From Eledone cirrhosa (taxonomy: Eukaryota): a stretch of DNA of 64,000 bases. The position numbers and the translations under genes were made by a program. The stretch covers positions 90,334,001 to 90,398,000 of the forward strand of contig OZ024743.1 of NCBI GenBank assembly GCA_964016885.1, read 5' to 3'. Shown in pieces: positions 1-17,400 of the stretch; positions within the stretch are counted from its first letter, which is position 1; every line of letters starts with the position of its first letter. Below the pieces are notes generated by a model. It saw nothing but the letters and a program-made list of their open reading frames with translations. It ran no database searches and was not told where the DNA came from.

Positions 1-3000
1 GTATCTATACAGTCAACATCTACACACTGTATCTATACAGTCAACATCTACACACTATCTATACAGTCAACATCTACACACTGTATCTATCTATACAATC
101 AACATCTACACACTGTATCTATCTATATAGTCAACATCTATACACTGTATCTATATAGTCAACATCTACACACTGTATCTATCTATACAGTCAACATCTA
201 CACACTGTATCTATACAGTCAACATCTACACACTGTATCTATATAGTCAACATCTACACACTGTATCTATATAGTCAGCATCTACACACTGTATCTATAT
301 AGTCAACATCTACACACAGTATCTATCTATATAGTCAACATCTACACACTGTATCTATACAGTCAACATCTACACACTGTATCTATCTATATAGTCAACA
401 TCTACACACTGTATCTATATAGTCAACATCTACACACTGTATCTATATAGTCAACATATACACACTGTATCTATATAGTCAACATCTACACACTGTATCT
501 ATATAGTCAACATCTACACACTGTATCTATATAGTCAACATCTACACACTGTATCTATATAGTCAACATCTACACACTGTATCTATACGGTCAACATCTA
601 CACGCTGTATCTATCTATATAGTCAACATCTACACACTGTATCTATACAGTCAACATCTACACACTGTATCTATCTATATAGTCAACATCTACACACTGT
701 ATCTATATAGTCAACATCTACACACTGTATCTATATAGTCAACATCTACACACTGTATCTATATAGTCAACATCTACACACTGTATCTATAGTCAACATC
801 TACACACTGTATCTATCTATACAGTCAACATCTATACACTGTATCTATATAGTCACAATCTACACGCTGTATCTATCTATACAGTTAACATCTACACACT
901 GTATCTATACAGTCAACATCTACACACTGTATCTATATAGTCAACATCTACACACTGTATCTATAGTCAACATCTACACACTGTATCTATATATATATAG
1001 TCAACATCTACACACTGTATCTTTCTATACAGTCAACATCTACACACTGTATCTATCTATACAGTCAACATCTACACACTGTATCTATATAATCAACATC
1101 TATGCACTGTATCTATATAGTCAACATCTACACACTGTATCTATATAGTCAACATCTACACACTGTATCTATCTATACAGTCAACATCTACACACTGTAT
1201 CTATATATATAGTCAACATCTACACACTGTTCTATATAGTCAACATCTACACACTGTATCTATATAGTCAACATCTACACACTGTATCTATATAGTCAAC
1301 ATCTACACACTGTATCTATCTATATAGTCAACATCTACACACTGTATCTATCTATATAGTCAACATCTACACACTGTATCTATCTATACAGTCAACATCT
1401 ACACACTGTATCTATCTATACAGTCAACATCTACACACTGTATCTATATCGTCAACATCTACACACTGTATCTATATATACTGTCAACATCTACACACTG
1501 TATCTATATAGTCAACATCTACACACTGTATCTATATATATAGTCAACATCTACACACTGTATCTATATATATAGTCAACATTTACACACTGTATCTATC
1601 TATACAGTCAACATCTACACACTGTATCTATATATATAGTCCTCATCTACACACTGTATCTTTCTATACAGTCAACATCTACACACTGTATCTATCTATA
1701 CAGTCAACATCTACACACTGTGTCTATCTATACAGTCAACATCTACACGCTGTATATATACAGTCAACATCAACACACTGTATCTATATATATAGTCCAC
1801 ATCTACACACTGTATCTATATAGTCAACATCTACACACTGTATCTATCTATATAGTCAACATCTACACACTGTATCTATCTATACAGTCAACATCTACAC
1901 ACTGTATCTATCTATACATTCAACATCTACACACTGTATCGATATAGTCAACATCGACACACTGTATCTATCTATACAGTCAACATCTACACACTGTATC
2001 TATATAGTCAACATCTACACACTGTATCTATCTATATAGTCAACATCTACACACTGTATCTATACAGTCAACATCTACACACTGTATCTATATAGTCAAC
2101 ATCTACACACTGTATCTATATATATAGTCAACATCTACACACTGTATCTATATAGTCAACATCTACACACTGTATCTATATATATAGTCAACATCTACAC
2201 ACTGTATCTATATATATAGTCAACATCTACACCCTGTAACTATCTATACAGTCAACATCTACACACTGTATCTATCTATATAGTCAACATCTACACACTG
2301 TATCTATCTATACAGTCAACATCTACACACTGTATCTATATAGTCAACATCTACACACTGTATCTATATATATAGTCAACATCTACACACTGTATATATA
2401 CAGTCAACATCTACACACTGTATCTATATAGTCAACATCTACACACTGTATATATACAGTCAACATCTACACACTGTATATATACAGTCAACATCTACAC
2501 ACTGTATCTATCTATACAGTTAACATCTACACACTGTATCTATATAGTCAACATCTACACACTGTATCTATCTATATAGTCAACATCGATACACTGTATT
2601 TATATAGTCAACATCTACACACTGTATCTATACAGGCAACATCTACATACTGTATCTATCTATATAGTCAACATCTATACACTGTATTTATATAGTCAAC
2701 ATCTACACACTGTATCTATCTATACTATCAACATCTACACACTGTATCTATCTATACAGTCAAAATCTACACACTGTGTCTATCTATCCAGTCAACATCT
2801 ACACACTGTATCTATACAGTCAACATCGACACACTGTATCTATACAGCCAACATTTACACACTGTATCTATATAGTCAGCATCTCCACACTGTATCTATA
2901 TATATAGTCAACATCTACACTGTATCTATATAGTCAACATCTACACACTGTATCTATATAGTCAACATCTACACACTGTATCTATACAGTCAACATCTAG

Positions 3001-3124
3001 ACACTGTATCTATACAGTCAACATCTACACACTGTATCTATCTATACAATCAACATCTACACACTGTATCTATCTATATGGTCAACATCTATACACTGTA
3101 TCTATATAGTCAACATCTACACAC

Positions 3125-6100
3125 TGTATCTATCTATACAGTCAACATCTACACACTGTATCTATACAGTCAACATCTACACACTGTATCTATATAGTCA
3201 ACATCTACACACTGTATCTATATAGTCAACGTCTACACACTGTATCTATATAGTCAACATCTACACACTGTATCTATCTATATAGTCAACATCTACACAC
3301 TGTATCTATACAGTCAACATCTACACACTGTATCTATATAGTCAACATCTACACACTGTATCTATATAGTCAACATCTACACACTGTATCTATCTTTACA
3401 GTCAACATCTATACACTGTATCTATATAGGCAACATCTACACACTGTATTTATATAGTCAACATCTACAAACTGTATCTATCTATACAGTCAACATCTAC
3501 ACACTGTATCTATACAGTCAACATCTACACACTGTATCTATATAGTCAACATCTACACACTGTAACTATATAGTCAACATCTACACACTGTATCTATATA
3601 GTCAACATCTACACACTGTATCTATACAGTCAACATCTACACACTGTACCTATACAGTCAACATCTACACACTATCTATCTATATAGTCAACATCTACAC
3701 ACTGTATCTATCTATAGAGTCAACATCTACACACTGTATCTATCTATACAGTCAACATCTACACACTGTATCTATATAGTCAACATCTACACACTGTATC
3801 TATATATATAGTCAACATCTACACACTGTATCTATATAGTCAACATCTACACACTGTATCTATATATATAGTCAACATCTACACACTGTATCTATATACA
3901 TAGTCAACATCTACACACTGTATCTATCTATACAGTCAACATCTACACACTGTATCTATCTATACAGTCAACATCTACACACGGTATCTATATATATATA
4001 GTCAACATCTACACACTGTATCTTTCTATACAGTCAACATCTACACACTGTATCTATACAGTCAACATCTACACACTGTATCTATCTATACAGTCAACAT
4101 CTACAAAGGGTATCTATATAGTCAACACCTACACACTCTATCTATCTATACAGTCAACATCTACACACTATATCTATATAGTCAACATCTACACACTGTA
4201 TCTATCTATACTGTCAACATCTACACACTGTATCTATCTATACAGTCAACATCTACACACTGTGTCTATCTATACAGTCAACATCTACACACTGTATCTA
4301 TACAGTCAACATCTACACACTATCTATACAGTCAAAATCTACACACTGTATCTATCTATATAGTCAATATCTACACACTGTATCTATATAGTCAACATCT
4401 ACACATTGTATCTATCTATACAGTCAACATCTACACACTGTATCTATATAGTCAACATCTACACACTGTATCTATACAGTCAACATCTACACACTGTATC
4501 TATCTATACAGTCAACATCTATACACTGTATCTATATAGTCAACATCTACACACTGTATCTATATAGTCAACATCTACACACTGTATCTATCTATAAAGT
4601 CAACATCTACACACTGTATCTATCTATAAAGGCAACATCTACACACTGTATCTATCTATATAGTCAACATCTACACACTGTATCTATATAGTCAACATCT
4701 ACACACTGTATCTATATAGTCAACATCTACACACTGTATCTATATAGTCAACATCTACACACTGTATCTATATAGTCAACATCTACACACTGTATCTATA
4801 TAGTCAACATCTACACACTGTATCTATACAGTCAACATCTACACGCTGAATCTATCTATACAGTCAATATCTATACACTGTATCTATCTATACAGTCAAC
4901 ATCTATACACTGTATCTATATAGTCAACATCTACACACTGTATCTATAGTCAACATCTACACACTGTATCTATACAGTCAACATCTACACACTGTATCTA
5001 TCTATATAGTCAACATCTACACACTGTATCTATATAGTCAACATCTACACACTGTATCTATATAGTCAACATCTACACACTGTATCTATACAGTCAACAT
5101 CTACATGCTGTATCTATCTATACAGTCAATATCTATACACTGTATCTATATAGTCAACATCTACACACTGTATCTATCTATACAGTCAACATCTATACAC
5201 TGTATCTATATAGGCAACATCTACACACTGTATCTATCTATACTGTCAACATCTACACACTGTATCTATCTATACAGTCAAAATCTACACACTGTGTCTA
5301 TATATACAGTCAACATCTACACACTGTATATATACAGTCAACATCTACACACTGTATCTATATAGTCAACATCTACACACTGTATCTATCTATACAGTCA
5401 ACATCTACACACTGTATCTATATAGTCAACATCTACACACTGTATCTATCTATACAGTCAACATCTACACACTGTATCTATCTATACAGTCAACATCTAC
5501 ACACTGTATCTACATAGTCAACATCTACACACTGTATCTATCTATATAGTCAACATCTATACACTGTATTTATATAGTCAACATCTACACACTGTATCTA
5601 TCTATACTGTCAACATCTACACACTGTATCTATCTATACAGTCAACATCTACACACTGTGTCTATCTATCCAGTCAACATCTACACTCTGTATCTATACA
5701 GTCAATATCGACACACTGTATCTATACAGCCAACATCTACACACTGTATCTATATAGTCAACATCTACACACTGTATCTATATATATAGTCAACATCTAC
5801 ACACTGTATCTATATACATAGTCAACATCTACACACTGTATCTATCTATACAGTCAACATCTACACACTGTATCTATCTATACAGTCAACATCTACACAC
5901 GGTATCTATATATATATAGTCAACATCTACACACTGTATCTTTCTATACAGTCAACATCTACACACTGTATCTATACAGTCAACATCTACACACTGTATC
6001 TATCTATACAGTCAACATCTACAAAGGGTATCTATATAGTCAACACCTACACACTGTATCTATCTATACAGTCAACATCTACACACTATATCTATATAGT

Positions 6101-9100
6101 CAACATCTACACACTGTATCTATCTATACTGTCAACATCTACACACTGTATCTATCTATACAGTCAACATCTACACACTGTGTCTATCTATACAGTCAAC
6201 ATCTACACACTGTATCTATACAGTCAACATCTACACACTATCTATACAGTCAAAATCTACACACTGTATCTATCTATATAGTCAATATCTACACACTGTA
6301 TCTATATAGTCAACATCTACACATTGTATCTATCTATACAGTCAACATCTACACACTGTATCTATACAGTCAACATCTACACACTGTATCTATATAGTCA
6401 ACATCTACACACTGTATCTATATAGTCAACGTCTACACACTGTATCTATATAGTCAACATCTACACACTGTATCTATCTATATAGTCAACATCTACACAC
6501 TGTATCTATACAGTCAACATCTACACACTGTATCTATATAGTCAACATCTACACACTGTATCTATATAGTCAACATCTACACACTGTATCTATCTTTACA
6601 GTCAACATCTATACACTGTATCTATATAGGCAACATCTACACACTGTATTTATATAGTCAACATCTACAAACTGTATCTATCTATACAGTCAACATCTAC
6701 ACACTGTATCTATACAGTCAACATCTACACACTGTATCTATATAGTCAACATCTACACACTGTAACTATATAGTCAACATCTACACACTGTATCTATATA
6801 GTCAACATCTACACACTGTATCTATACAGTCAACATCTACACACTGTACCTATACAGTCAACATCTACACACTATCTATCTATATAGTCAACATCTACAC
6901 ACTGTATCTATCTATAGAGTCAACATCTACACACTGTATCTATCTATACAGTCAACATCTACACACTGTATCTATATAGTCAACATCTACACACTGTATC
7001 TATATATATAGTCAACATCTACACACTGTATCTATATAGTCAACATCTACACACTGTATCTATATATATAGTCAACATCTACACACTGTATCTATATACA
7101 TAGTCAACATCTACACACTGTATCTATCTATACAGTCAACATCTACACACTGTATCTATCTATACAGTCAACATCTACACACGGTATCTATATATATATA
7201 GTCAACATCTACACACTGTATCTTTCTATACAGTCAACATCTACACACTGTATCTATACAGTCAACATCTACACACTGTATCTATCTATACAGTCAACAT
7301 CTACAAAGGGTATCTATATAGTCAACACCTACACACTCTATCTATCTATACAGTCAACATCTACACACTATATCTATATAGTCAACATCTACACACTGTA
7401 TCTATCTATACTGTCAACATCTACACACTGTATCTATCTATACAGTCAACATCTACACACTGTGTCTATCTATACAGTCAACATCTACACACTGTATCTA
7501 TACAGTCAACATCTACACACTATCTATACAGTCAAAATCTACACACTGTATCTATCTATATAGTCAATATCTACACACTGTATCTATATAGTCAACATCT
7601 ACACATTGTATCTATCTATACAGTCAACATCTACACACTGTATCTATATAGTCAACATCTACACACTGTATCTATACAGTCAACATCTACACACTGTATC
7701 TATCTATACAGTCAACATCTATACACTGTATCTATATAGTCAACATCTACACACTGTATCTATATAGTCAACATCTACACACTGTATCTATCTATAAAGT
7801 CAACATCTACACACTGTATCTATCTATAAAGGCAACATCTACACACTGTATCTATCTATATAGTCAACATCTACACACTGTATCTATATAGTCAACATCT
7901 ACACACTGTATCTATATAGTCAACATCTACACACTGTATCTATATAGTCAACATCTACACACTGTATCTATATAGTCAACATCTACACACTGTATCTATA
8001 TAGTCAACATCTACACACTGTATCTATACAGTCAACATCTACACGCTGAATCTATCTATACAGTCAATATCTATACACTGTATCTATCTATACAGTCAAC
8101 ATCTATACACTGTATCTATATAGTCAACATCTACACACTGTATCTATAGTCAACATCTACACACTGTATCTATACAGTCAACATCTACACACTGTATCTA
8201 TCTATATAGTCAACATCTACACACTGTATCTATATAGTCAACATCTACACACTGTATCTATATAGTCAACATCTACACACTGTATCTATACAGTCAACAT
8301 CTACATGCTGTATCTATCTATACAGTCAATATCTATACACTGTATCTATATAGTCAACATCTACACACTGTATCTATCTATACAGTCAACATCTATACAC
8401 TGTATCTATATAGGCAACATCTACACACTGTATCTATCTATACTGTCAACATCTACACACTGTATCTATCTATACAGTCAAAATCTACACACTGTGTCTA
8501 TATATACAGTCAACATCTACACACTGTATATATACAGTCAACATCTACACACTGTATCTATATAGTCAACATCTACACACTGTATCTATCTATACAGTCA
8601 ACATCTACACACTGTATCTATATAGTCAACATCTACACACTGTATCTATCTATACAGTCAACATCTACACACTGTATCTATCTATACAGTCAACATCTAC
8701 ACACTGTATCTACATAGTCAACATCTACACACTGTATCTATCTATATAGTCAACATCTATACACTGTATTTATATAGTCAACATCTACACACTGTATCTA
8801 TCTATACTGTCAACATCTACACACTGTATCTATCTATACAGTCAACATCTACACACTGTGTCTATCTATCCAGTCAACATCTACACTCTGTATCTATACA
8901 GTCAATATCGACACACTGTATCTATACAGCCAACATCTACACACTGTATCTATATAGTCAACATCTACACACTGTATCTATATATATAGTCAACATCTAC
9001 ACACTGTATCTATATACATAGTCAACATCTACACACTGTATCTATCTATACAGTCAACATCTACACACTGTATCTATCTATACAGTCAACATCTACACAC

Positions 9101-9594
9101 GGTATCTATATATATATAGTCAACATCTACACACTGTATCTTTCTATACAGTCAACATCTACACACTGTATCTATACAGTCAACATCTACACACTGTATC
9201 TATCTATACAGTCAACATCTACAAAGGGTATCTATATAGTCAACACCTACACACTGTATCTATCTATACAGTCAACATCTACACACTATATCTATATAGT
9301 CAACATCTACACACTGTATCTATCTATACTGTCAACATCTACACACTGTATCTATCTATACAGTCAACATCTACACACTGTGTCTATCTATACAGTCAAC
9401 ATCTACACACTGTATCTATACAGTCAACATCTACACACTATCTATACAGTCAAAATCTACACACTGTATCTATCTATATAGTCAATATCTACACACTGTA
9501 TCTATATAGTCAACATCTACACATTGTATCTATCTATACAGTCAACATCTACACACTGTATCTATACAGTCAACATCTACACACTGTATCTATA
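3125..9594. repeat. Tandem duplication with a 3200-bp unit (about 3125-6324 and 6325-9524)
   Basis: Rare variants recur at +3200: CAACGTCTAC (~3231/6431), ACAAAGGG (4103/7303 and 6021/9221), ACGCTGAATC (~4843/8043). Identical ORFs start at 5105 and 8305. Flanking mismatches are at 3124/6324 and 6395/9595. Confidence 0.93.
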
Positions 9595-12500
9595 CAGTCA
9601 ACATCTACACACTGTATCTATCTATACAGTCAACATCTATACACTGTATCTATATAGTCAACATCTACACACTGTATCTATATAGTCAACATCTACACAC
9701 TGTATCTATCTATAAAGTCAACATCTACACACTGTATCTATCTATAAAGGCAACATCTACACACTGTATCTATCTATATAGTCAACATCTACACACTGTA
9801 TCTATATAGTCAACATCTACACACTGTATCTATATAGTCAACATCTACACACTGTATCTATATAGTCAACATCTACACACTGTATCTATATAGTCAACAT
9901 CTACACACTGTATCTATATAGTCAACATCTACACACTGTATATATACAGTCAACATCTACACACTGTATCTATATAGTCAACATCTACACACTGTCTCTA
10001 TCTATATAGTCAACATAGATACACTGTATTTATATAGTCAACATCTACACACTGTATCTATACAGGCAACATCTACATACTGTATCTATCTATATAGTCA
10101 ACATCTATACACTGTATTTATATAGTCAACATCTACACACTGTATCTATCTATACTGTCAACATCTACACACTGTATCTATCTATACAGTCAAAATCTAC
10201 ACACTGTGTCTATCTATCCAGTCAACATCTACACACTGTATCTATACAGTCAACATCGACACACTGTATCTATACAGCCAACATCTACACACTGTATCTA
10301 TATAGTCAGCATCTACACACTGTATCTATATATGTAGTCAACATCTACACTGTATCTATATAGTCAACATCTACACACTGTATCTATATAGTCAACATCT
10401 ACACACTGTATCTATACAGTCAACATCTACACACTGTAGCTATACAGTCAACATCTACACACTATCTATACAGTCAACATCTACACACTGTATCTATCTA
10501 TACAATCAACATCTACACACTGTATCTATCTATATAGTCAACATCTATACACTGTATCTATATAGTCAACATCTACACACTGTATCTATCTATACAGTCA
10601 ACATCTACACACTGTATCTATACAGTCAACATCTACACACTGTATCTATATAGTCAACATCTACACACTGTATCTATATAGTCAACGTCTACACACTGTA
10701 TCTATATAGTCAACATCTACACACTGTATCTATCTATATAGTCAACATCTACACACTGTATCTATACAGTCAACATCTACACACTGTATCTATACGGTCA
10801 ACATCTACACACTGTATCTATCTTTACAGTCAACATCTATACACTGTATCTATATAGGCAACATCTACACACTGTATTTTTATAGTCAACATCTACACAC
10901 TGTATCTATCTATACAGTCAACATCTACACACTGTATCTATACAGTCAACATCTACACACTGTATCTATATAGTCAACATCTACACACTGTATCTATATA
11001 GTCAACATCTACACACTGTATCCATATAGTCAACATCTACACACTGTATCTATACAGTCAACATCTACACACTGTACCTATACAGTCAACATCTACACAC
11101 TGTATCTATCTATATAGTCAACATCTACACACTGTATCTATCTATACAGTCAACATCTACACACTGTATCTATCTATACAGTCAACATCTACACACTGTA
11201 TCTATATAGTCAACATCTACACACTGTATCTATATAGTCAACATCTACACACTGTATCTATATATATAGTCAACATCTACACACTGTATCTATATACATA
11301 GTCAACATCTACACACTGTATCTATCTATACAGTCAACATCTACACACTGTATCTATCTATACAGTCAACATCTACACACGGTATCTATATATATATAGT
11401 CAACATCTACACACTGTATCTTTCTATACAGTCAACATCTACACACTGTATCTATACAGTCAACATCTACACACTGTATCTATCTATACAGTCAACATCT
11501 ACAAAGGGTATCTATATAGTCAACACCTACACACTCTATCTATCTATACAGTCAACATCTACACACTATATCTATATAGTCAACATCTACACACTGTATC
11601 TATCTATACTGTCAACATCTACACACTGTATCTATCTATACAGTCAACATCTACACACTGTGTCTATCTATACAGTCAACATCTACACACTGTATCTATA
11701 CAGTCAACATCTACACACTATCTATACAGTCAAAATCTACACACTGTATCTATCTATATAGTCAATATCTACACACTGTATCTATATAGTCAACATCTAC
11801 ACATTGTATCTATCTATACAGTCAACATCTACACACTGTATCTATATAGTCAACATCTACACACTGTATCTATATAGTCAACATCTACACACTGTATCTA
11901 TATAGTCAACATCTACACACTGTATCTATATAGTCAACATCTACACACTGTATCTATACAGTCAACATCTACACACTGTATCTATCTATACAGTCAACAT
12001 CTATACACTGTATCTATATAGTCAAAATCTACACGCTGTATCTATCTATACAGTTAACATCTACACACTGTATCTATACAGTCAACATCTACACACTGTA
12101 TCTATATAGTCAACATCTACACACTGTATCTATACAGTCAACATCTACACACTGTATCTATATATATATAGTCAACATCTACACACTGTATCTTTCTATA
12201 CAGTCAACATCTACACACTGTATCTATCTATACAGTCAACATCTACACACTGTATCTATATACTCAACATCTATGCACTGTATCTATATAGTCAACATCT
12301 ACACACTGTATCTATATAGTCAACATCTACACACTGTATCTATCTATACAGTCAACATCTACACACTGTATCTATATATATAGTCAACATCTACACACTG
12401 TTCTATATAGTCAACATCTACACACTGTATCTATATAGTCAACATCTACACACTGTATCTATATAGTCAACATCTACACACTGTATCTATCTATATAGTC

Positions 12501-15500
12501 AACATCTACACACTGTATCTATCTATATAGTCAACATCTACACACTGTATCTATCTATACAGTCAACATCTACACACTGTATCTATCTATACAGTCAACA
12601 TCTACACACTGTATCTATATAGTCAACATCTACACACTGTATCTATATATATTGTCAACATCTAGACACTGTATCTATATAGTCAACATCTACACACTGT
12701 ATCTATATATATAGTCAACATTTACACACTGTATCTATCTATACAGTCAACATCTACACACTGTATCTATATATATAGTCCACATCTACACACTGTATCT
12801 ATCTATACAGTCAACATCTACACACTGTATCTATATATATAGTCAACATCTACACACTGTATCTATCTATACAGTCAACATCTACACACTGTGTCTATCT
12901 ATACAGTCAACATCTACACACTGTATATATACAGTCAACATCTACACACTGTATCTATATATATAGTCCACATCTACACACTGTATCTATATAGTCAACA
13001 TCTACACACTGTATCTATCTATATAGTCAACATCTACACACTGTATCTATCTATACAGTCAACATCTACAAACTGTATCTATCTATACAGTCAACATCTA
13101 CACACTGTATCTATATAGTCAACATCTACACACTGTATCTATCTATACAGTCAACATCTACCCACTGTATCTATATAGTCAACATCTACACACTGTATCT
13201 ATCTATATAGTCAACATCTACACATTGTATCTATATAGTCAACATCTACACACTGTATCTATATATATAGTCAACATCTACACACTGTATCTATATAGTC
13301 AACATCTACACACTGTATCTATATATATAGTCAACATCTACACACTGTATCTATATATATAGTCAACATCTACACACTGTATCTATCTATACAGTCAACA
13401 TCTACACACTGTATCTATCTATACAGTCAACATCTACACACTGTATCTATCTATACAGTCAACATCTACACACTGTATATATACAGTCAACATCTACACA
13501 CTGTATCTATATAGTCAACATCTACACACTGTATCTATACAGTCAACATCTACACACTGTATCTATACAGTCAACATCTACACACTGTATCTATCTATAC
13601 AGTCAACATCTACACAGGGTATCTATATAGTCAACACCTACACACTGTATCTATCTATACAGTCAACATCTACACACTATATCTATATAGTCAACATCTA
13701 CACACTGTATGTATCTATACAGTCAACATCTACACACTGTATCTATCTATACAGTCAACATCTACACACTGTGTCTATCTATACAGTCAACATCTACACA
13801 CTGTATCTATACAGTCAACATCTACACACTGTATCTATACAGTCAACATCTACACACTATCTATACAGTCAGAATCTTCACACTGTATCTATCTATATAG
13901 TCAAAATCTACACACTGTATCTATATAGTCAACATCTACAAATTGTATCTATCTATACAGTCAACATCTACACACTGTATCTATCTATACAGTCAAAATC
14001 TACACACTGTGTCTATCTATCCAGTCAACATCTACACACTGTATCTATACAGTCAACATCGACACACTGTATCTATACAGTCAACATCTACACACTGTAT
14101 CTATATAGTCAACATCTACACACTGTATCTATATATATAGTCAACATCTACACACTGTATCTATATAGTCAACATCTACACACTGTATCTATACAGTCAA
14201 CATCTACACACTGTATCTATACAGTCAACATCTACACACTGTATCTATACAGTCAACATCTACACACTGTATCTATCTATACAGTCAACATCTACACAGT
14301 GTATCTATATAGTCAACACCTACACACTGTATCTATCTATACAGTCAACATCTACACACTATATCTATATAGTCAACATCTACACACTGTATCTATCTAT
14401 ACTGTCAACATCTACACACTGTATCTATCTATACAGTCAACATCTACACACTGTGTCTATCTATACAGTCAACATCTACACACTGTATCTATACAGTCAA
14501 CATCTACACACTATCTATACAGTCAAAATCTACACACTGTATCTATCTATATAGTCAAAATCTACACACTGTATCTATATAGTCAACATCTACACATTGT
14601 ATCTATCTATACAGTCAACATCTACACACTGTATCTATTTATACAGTCAAAATCTACACACTGTGTCTATACAGTCAACATCGACACACTGTATCTATAC
14701 AGTCAACATCGACACACTGTATCTATCCAGTCAAAATCTACACACTGTATCTATACAGTCAACATCGACACACTGTATCTATACAGTCAACATCTACACA
14801 CTGTATCTATATAGTCAACATCTACACACTGTATCTGTATATATAGTCAACATCTACACACTGTATCTATAAAGTCAACATCTACACACTGTATCTATAC
14901 AGTCAACATCTACACACTGTATCTATACAGTCAACATCTACACACTATCTATACAGTCAACATCTACACACTGTATCTATCTATACAATCAACATCTACA
15001 CACTGTATCTATCTATATAGTCAACATCTATACACTGTATCTATATAGTCAACATCTACACACTGTATCTATCTATACAGTCAACATCTACACACTTTAT
15101 CTATACAGTCAACATCTACACACTGTATCTATATAGTCAACATCTACACACTGTATCTATATAGTCAACATCTACACACTGTATCTATATAGTCAACATC
15201 TACACACTGTATATATACAGTCAACATCTATACACTGTATCTATCTATACAGTCAACATCTACACACTGTATCTATATAGTCAACATCTACACACTGTAT
15301 CTATATAGTCAACATCTACACACTGTATCTATATATATAGTCAACATCTACACACTGTATCTATATATATAGTCAACATCTACACACTGTATCTATATAT
15401 ATAGTCAACATCTACACACTGTATCTATCTATACAGTCAACATCTACACACTGTATCTATATATATAGTCAACATCTACACACTGTATCTTTCTATACAG

Positions 15501-16689
15501 TCAACATCTACACACTGTATCTATCTATACAGTCAACATCTACACACTGTATCTATATACTCAACATCTATGCACTGTATCTATATAGTCAACATCTACA
15601 CACTGTATCTATATACTCAACATCTACACACTGTATCTATCTATACAGTCAACATCTACACACTGTATCTATATATATAGTCAACATCTACACACTGTTC
15701 TATATAGTCAACATCTACACACTGTATCTATATAGTCAACATCTACACACTGTATCTATATAGTCAACATCTACACACTGTATCTATATACTCAACATCT
15801 ACACACTGTATCTATCTATACATTCAACATCTACACACTGTATCTATCTATACAGTCAACATCTACACACTGTATCTATCTATACAGTCAACATCTACAC
15901 ACTGTATCTATATAGTCAACATCTACACACTGTATCTATATATATAGTCAACATCTACGCACTGTATCTATATATATAGTCAACATCTACACACTGTATC
16001 TATCTATACAGTCAACATCTACACACTGTGTCTATCTATACAGTCAACATCTACACACTGTATATATACAGTCAACATCCACACACTGTATCTATATATA
16101 TAGTCAACATCTACACACTGTATCTATATAGTCAACATCTACACACTATCTATCTATATAGTCAACATCTACACACTGTATCTATCTATACAGTCAACAT
16201 CTACACACTGTATCTATCTATACAGTCAACATCTACACACTGTATCTATATAGTCAACATCTACACACTGTATCTATCTATGCAGTCAACATCTACACAC
16301 TGTATCTATATAGTCAACATCTACACACTGTATCTATCTATATAGTCAACATCTACACACTGTATCTATCTATACAGTCAACATCTACACACTGTATCTA
16401 TATAGTCAACATCTACACACTGTATCTATATATATAGTCAACATCTACACACTGTATCTATATAGTCAACATCTACACACTGTATCTATATATATAGTCA
16501 ACATCTACACACTGTATCTATCTATACAGTCAACATCTACACACTGTATCTATCTATATAGTCAACATCTATACACTATCTATCTATACAGTCAACATCT
16601 ACACACTGTATCTATATAGTCAACATCTACACACTGTATCTATCTATACAGTCAACATCTACACACTGTATCTATACAGTCAACATCTA

Positions 16690-17400
16690 CACACTGTATC
16701 TATATAGTCAACATCTACACACTGTATCTATACAGTCAACATCTACACACTGTATCTATCTATACAGTCAACATCTATACACTGTATCTATATAGTCACC
16801 ATCTACACACTGTATCTATCTATACAGTCAACATCTACATACTGTATCTATATAGTCAACATCTACACACTGTATCTATCTATATAGTCAATATCTACAC
16901 ACTATCTATACAGTCAACATCTACACACTGTATCTATCTATACAGTCAACATCTACACACTGTATCTATATAGTCAACATCTACACACTGTATCTATCTA
17001 TATAGTCAACATCTACACACTGTATCTATACAGTCAACATCTACACACTGTATCTATCTATATAGTCAACATCTACACACTGTATCTATATAGTCAACAT
17101 CTACACACTGTATCTATATAGTCAACATCTACACACTGTATCTATATAGTCAACATCTACACACTGTATCTATACAGTCAACATCTACACACTGTATCTA
17201 TCTATACAGTCAACATCTATACACTGTATCTATATAGTCACCATCTACACACTGTATCTATCTATACAATCAACATCTACATACTGTATCTATATAGTCA
17301 ACATCTACACACTGTATCTATCTATATAGTCAATATCTACACACTATCTATACAGTCAACATCTACACACTGTATCTATCTATATAGTCAACATCTACAC
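16690..17400. repeat. Local duplication with 442-bp offset
   Basis: GTCACC occurs at 16795 and 17237, and CAATATCTACACACTATC at 16889 and 17331, with a CTACATAC variant between the two markers in both copies. Boundaries are approximate. Confidence 0.75.
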
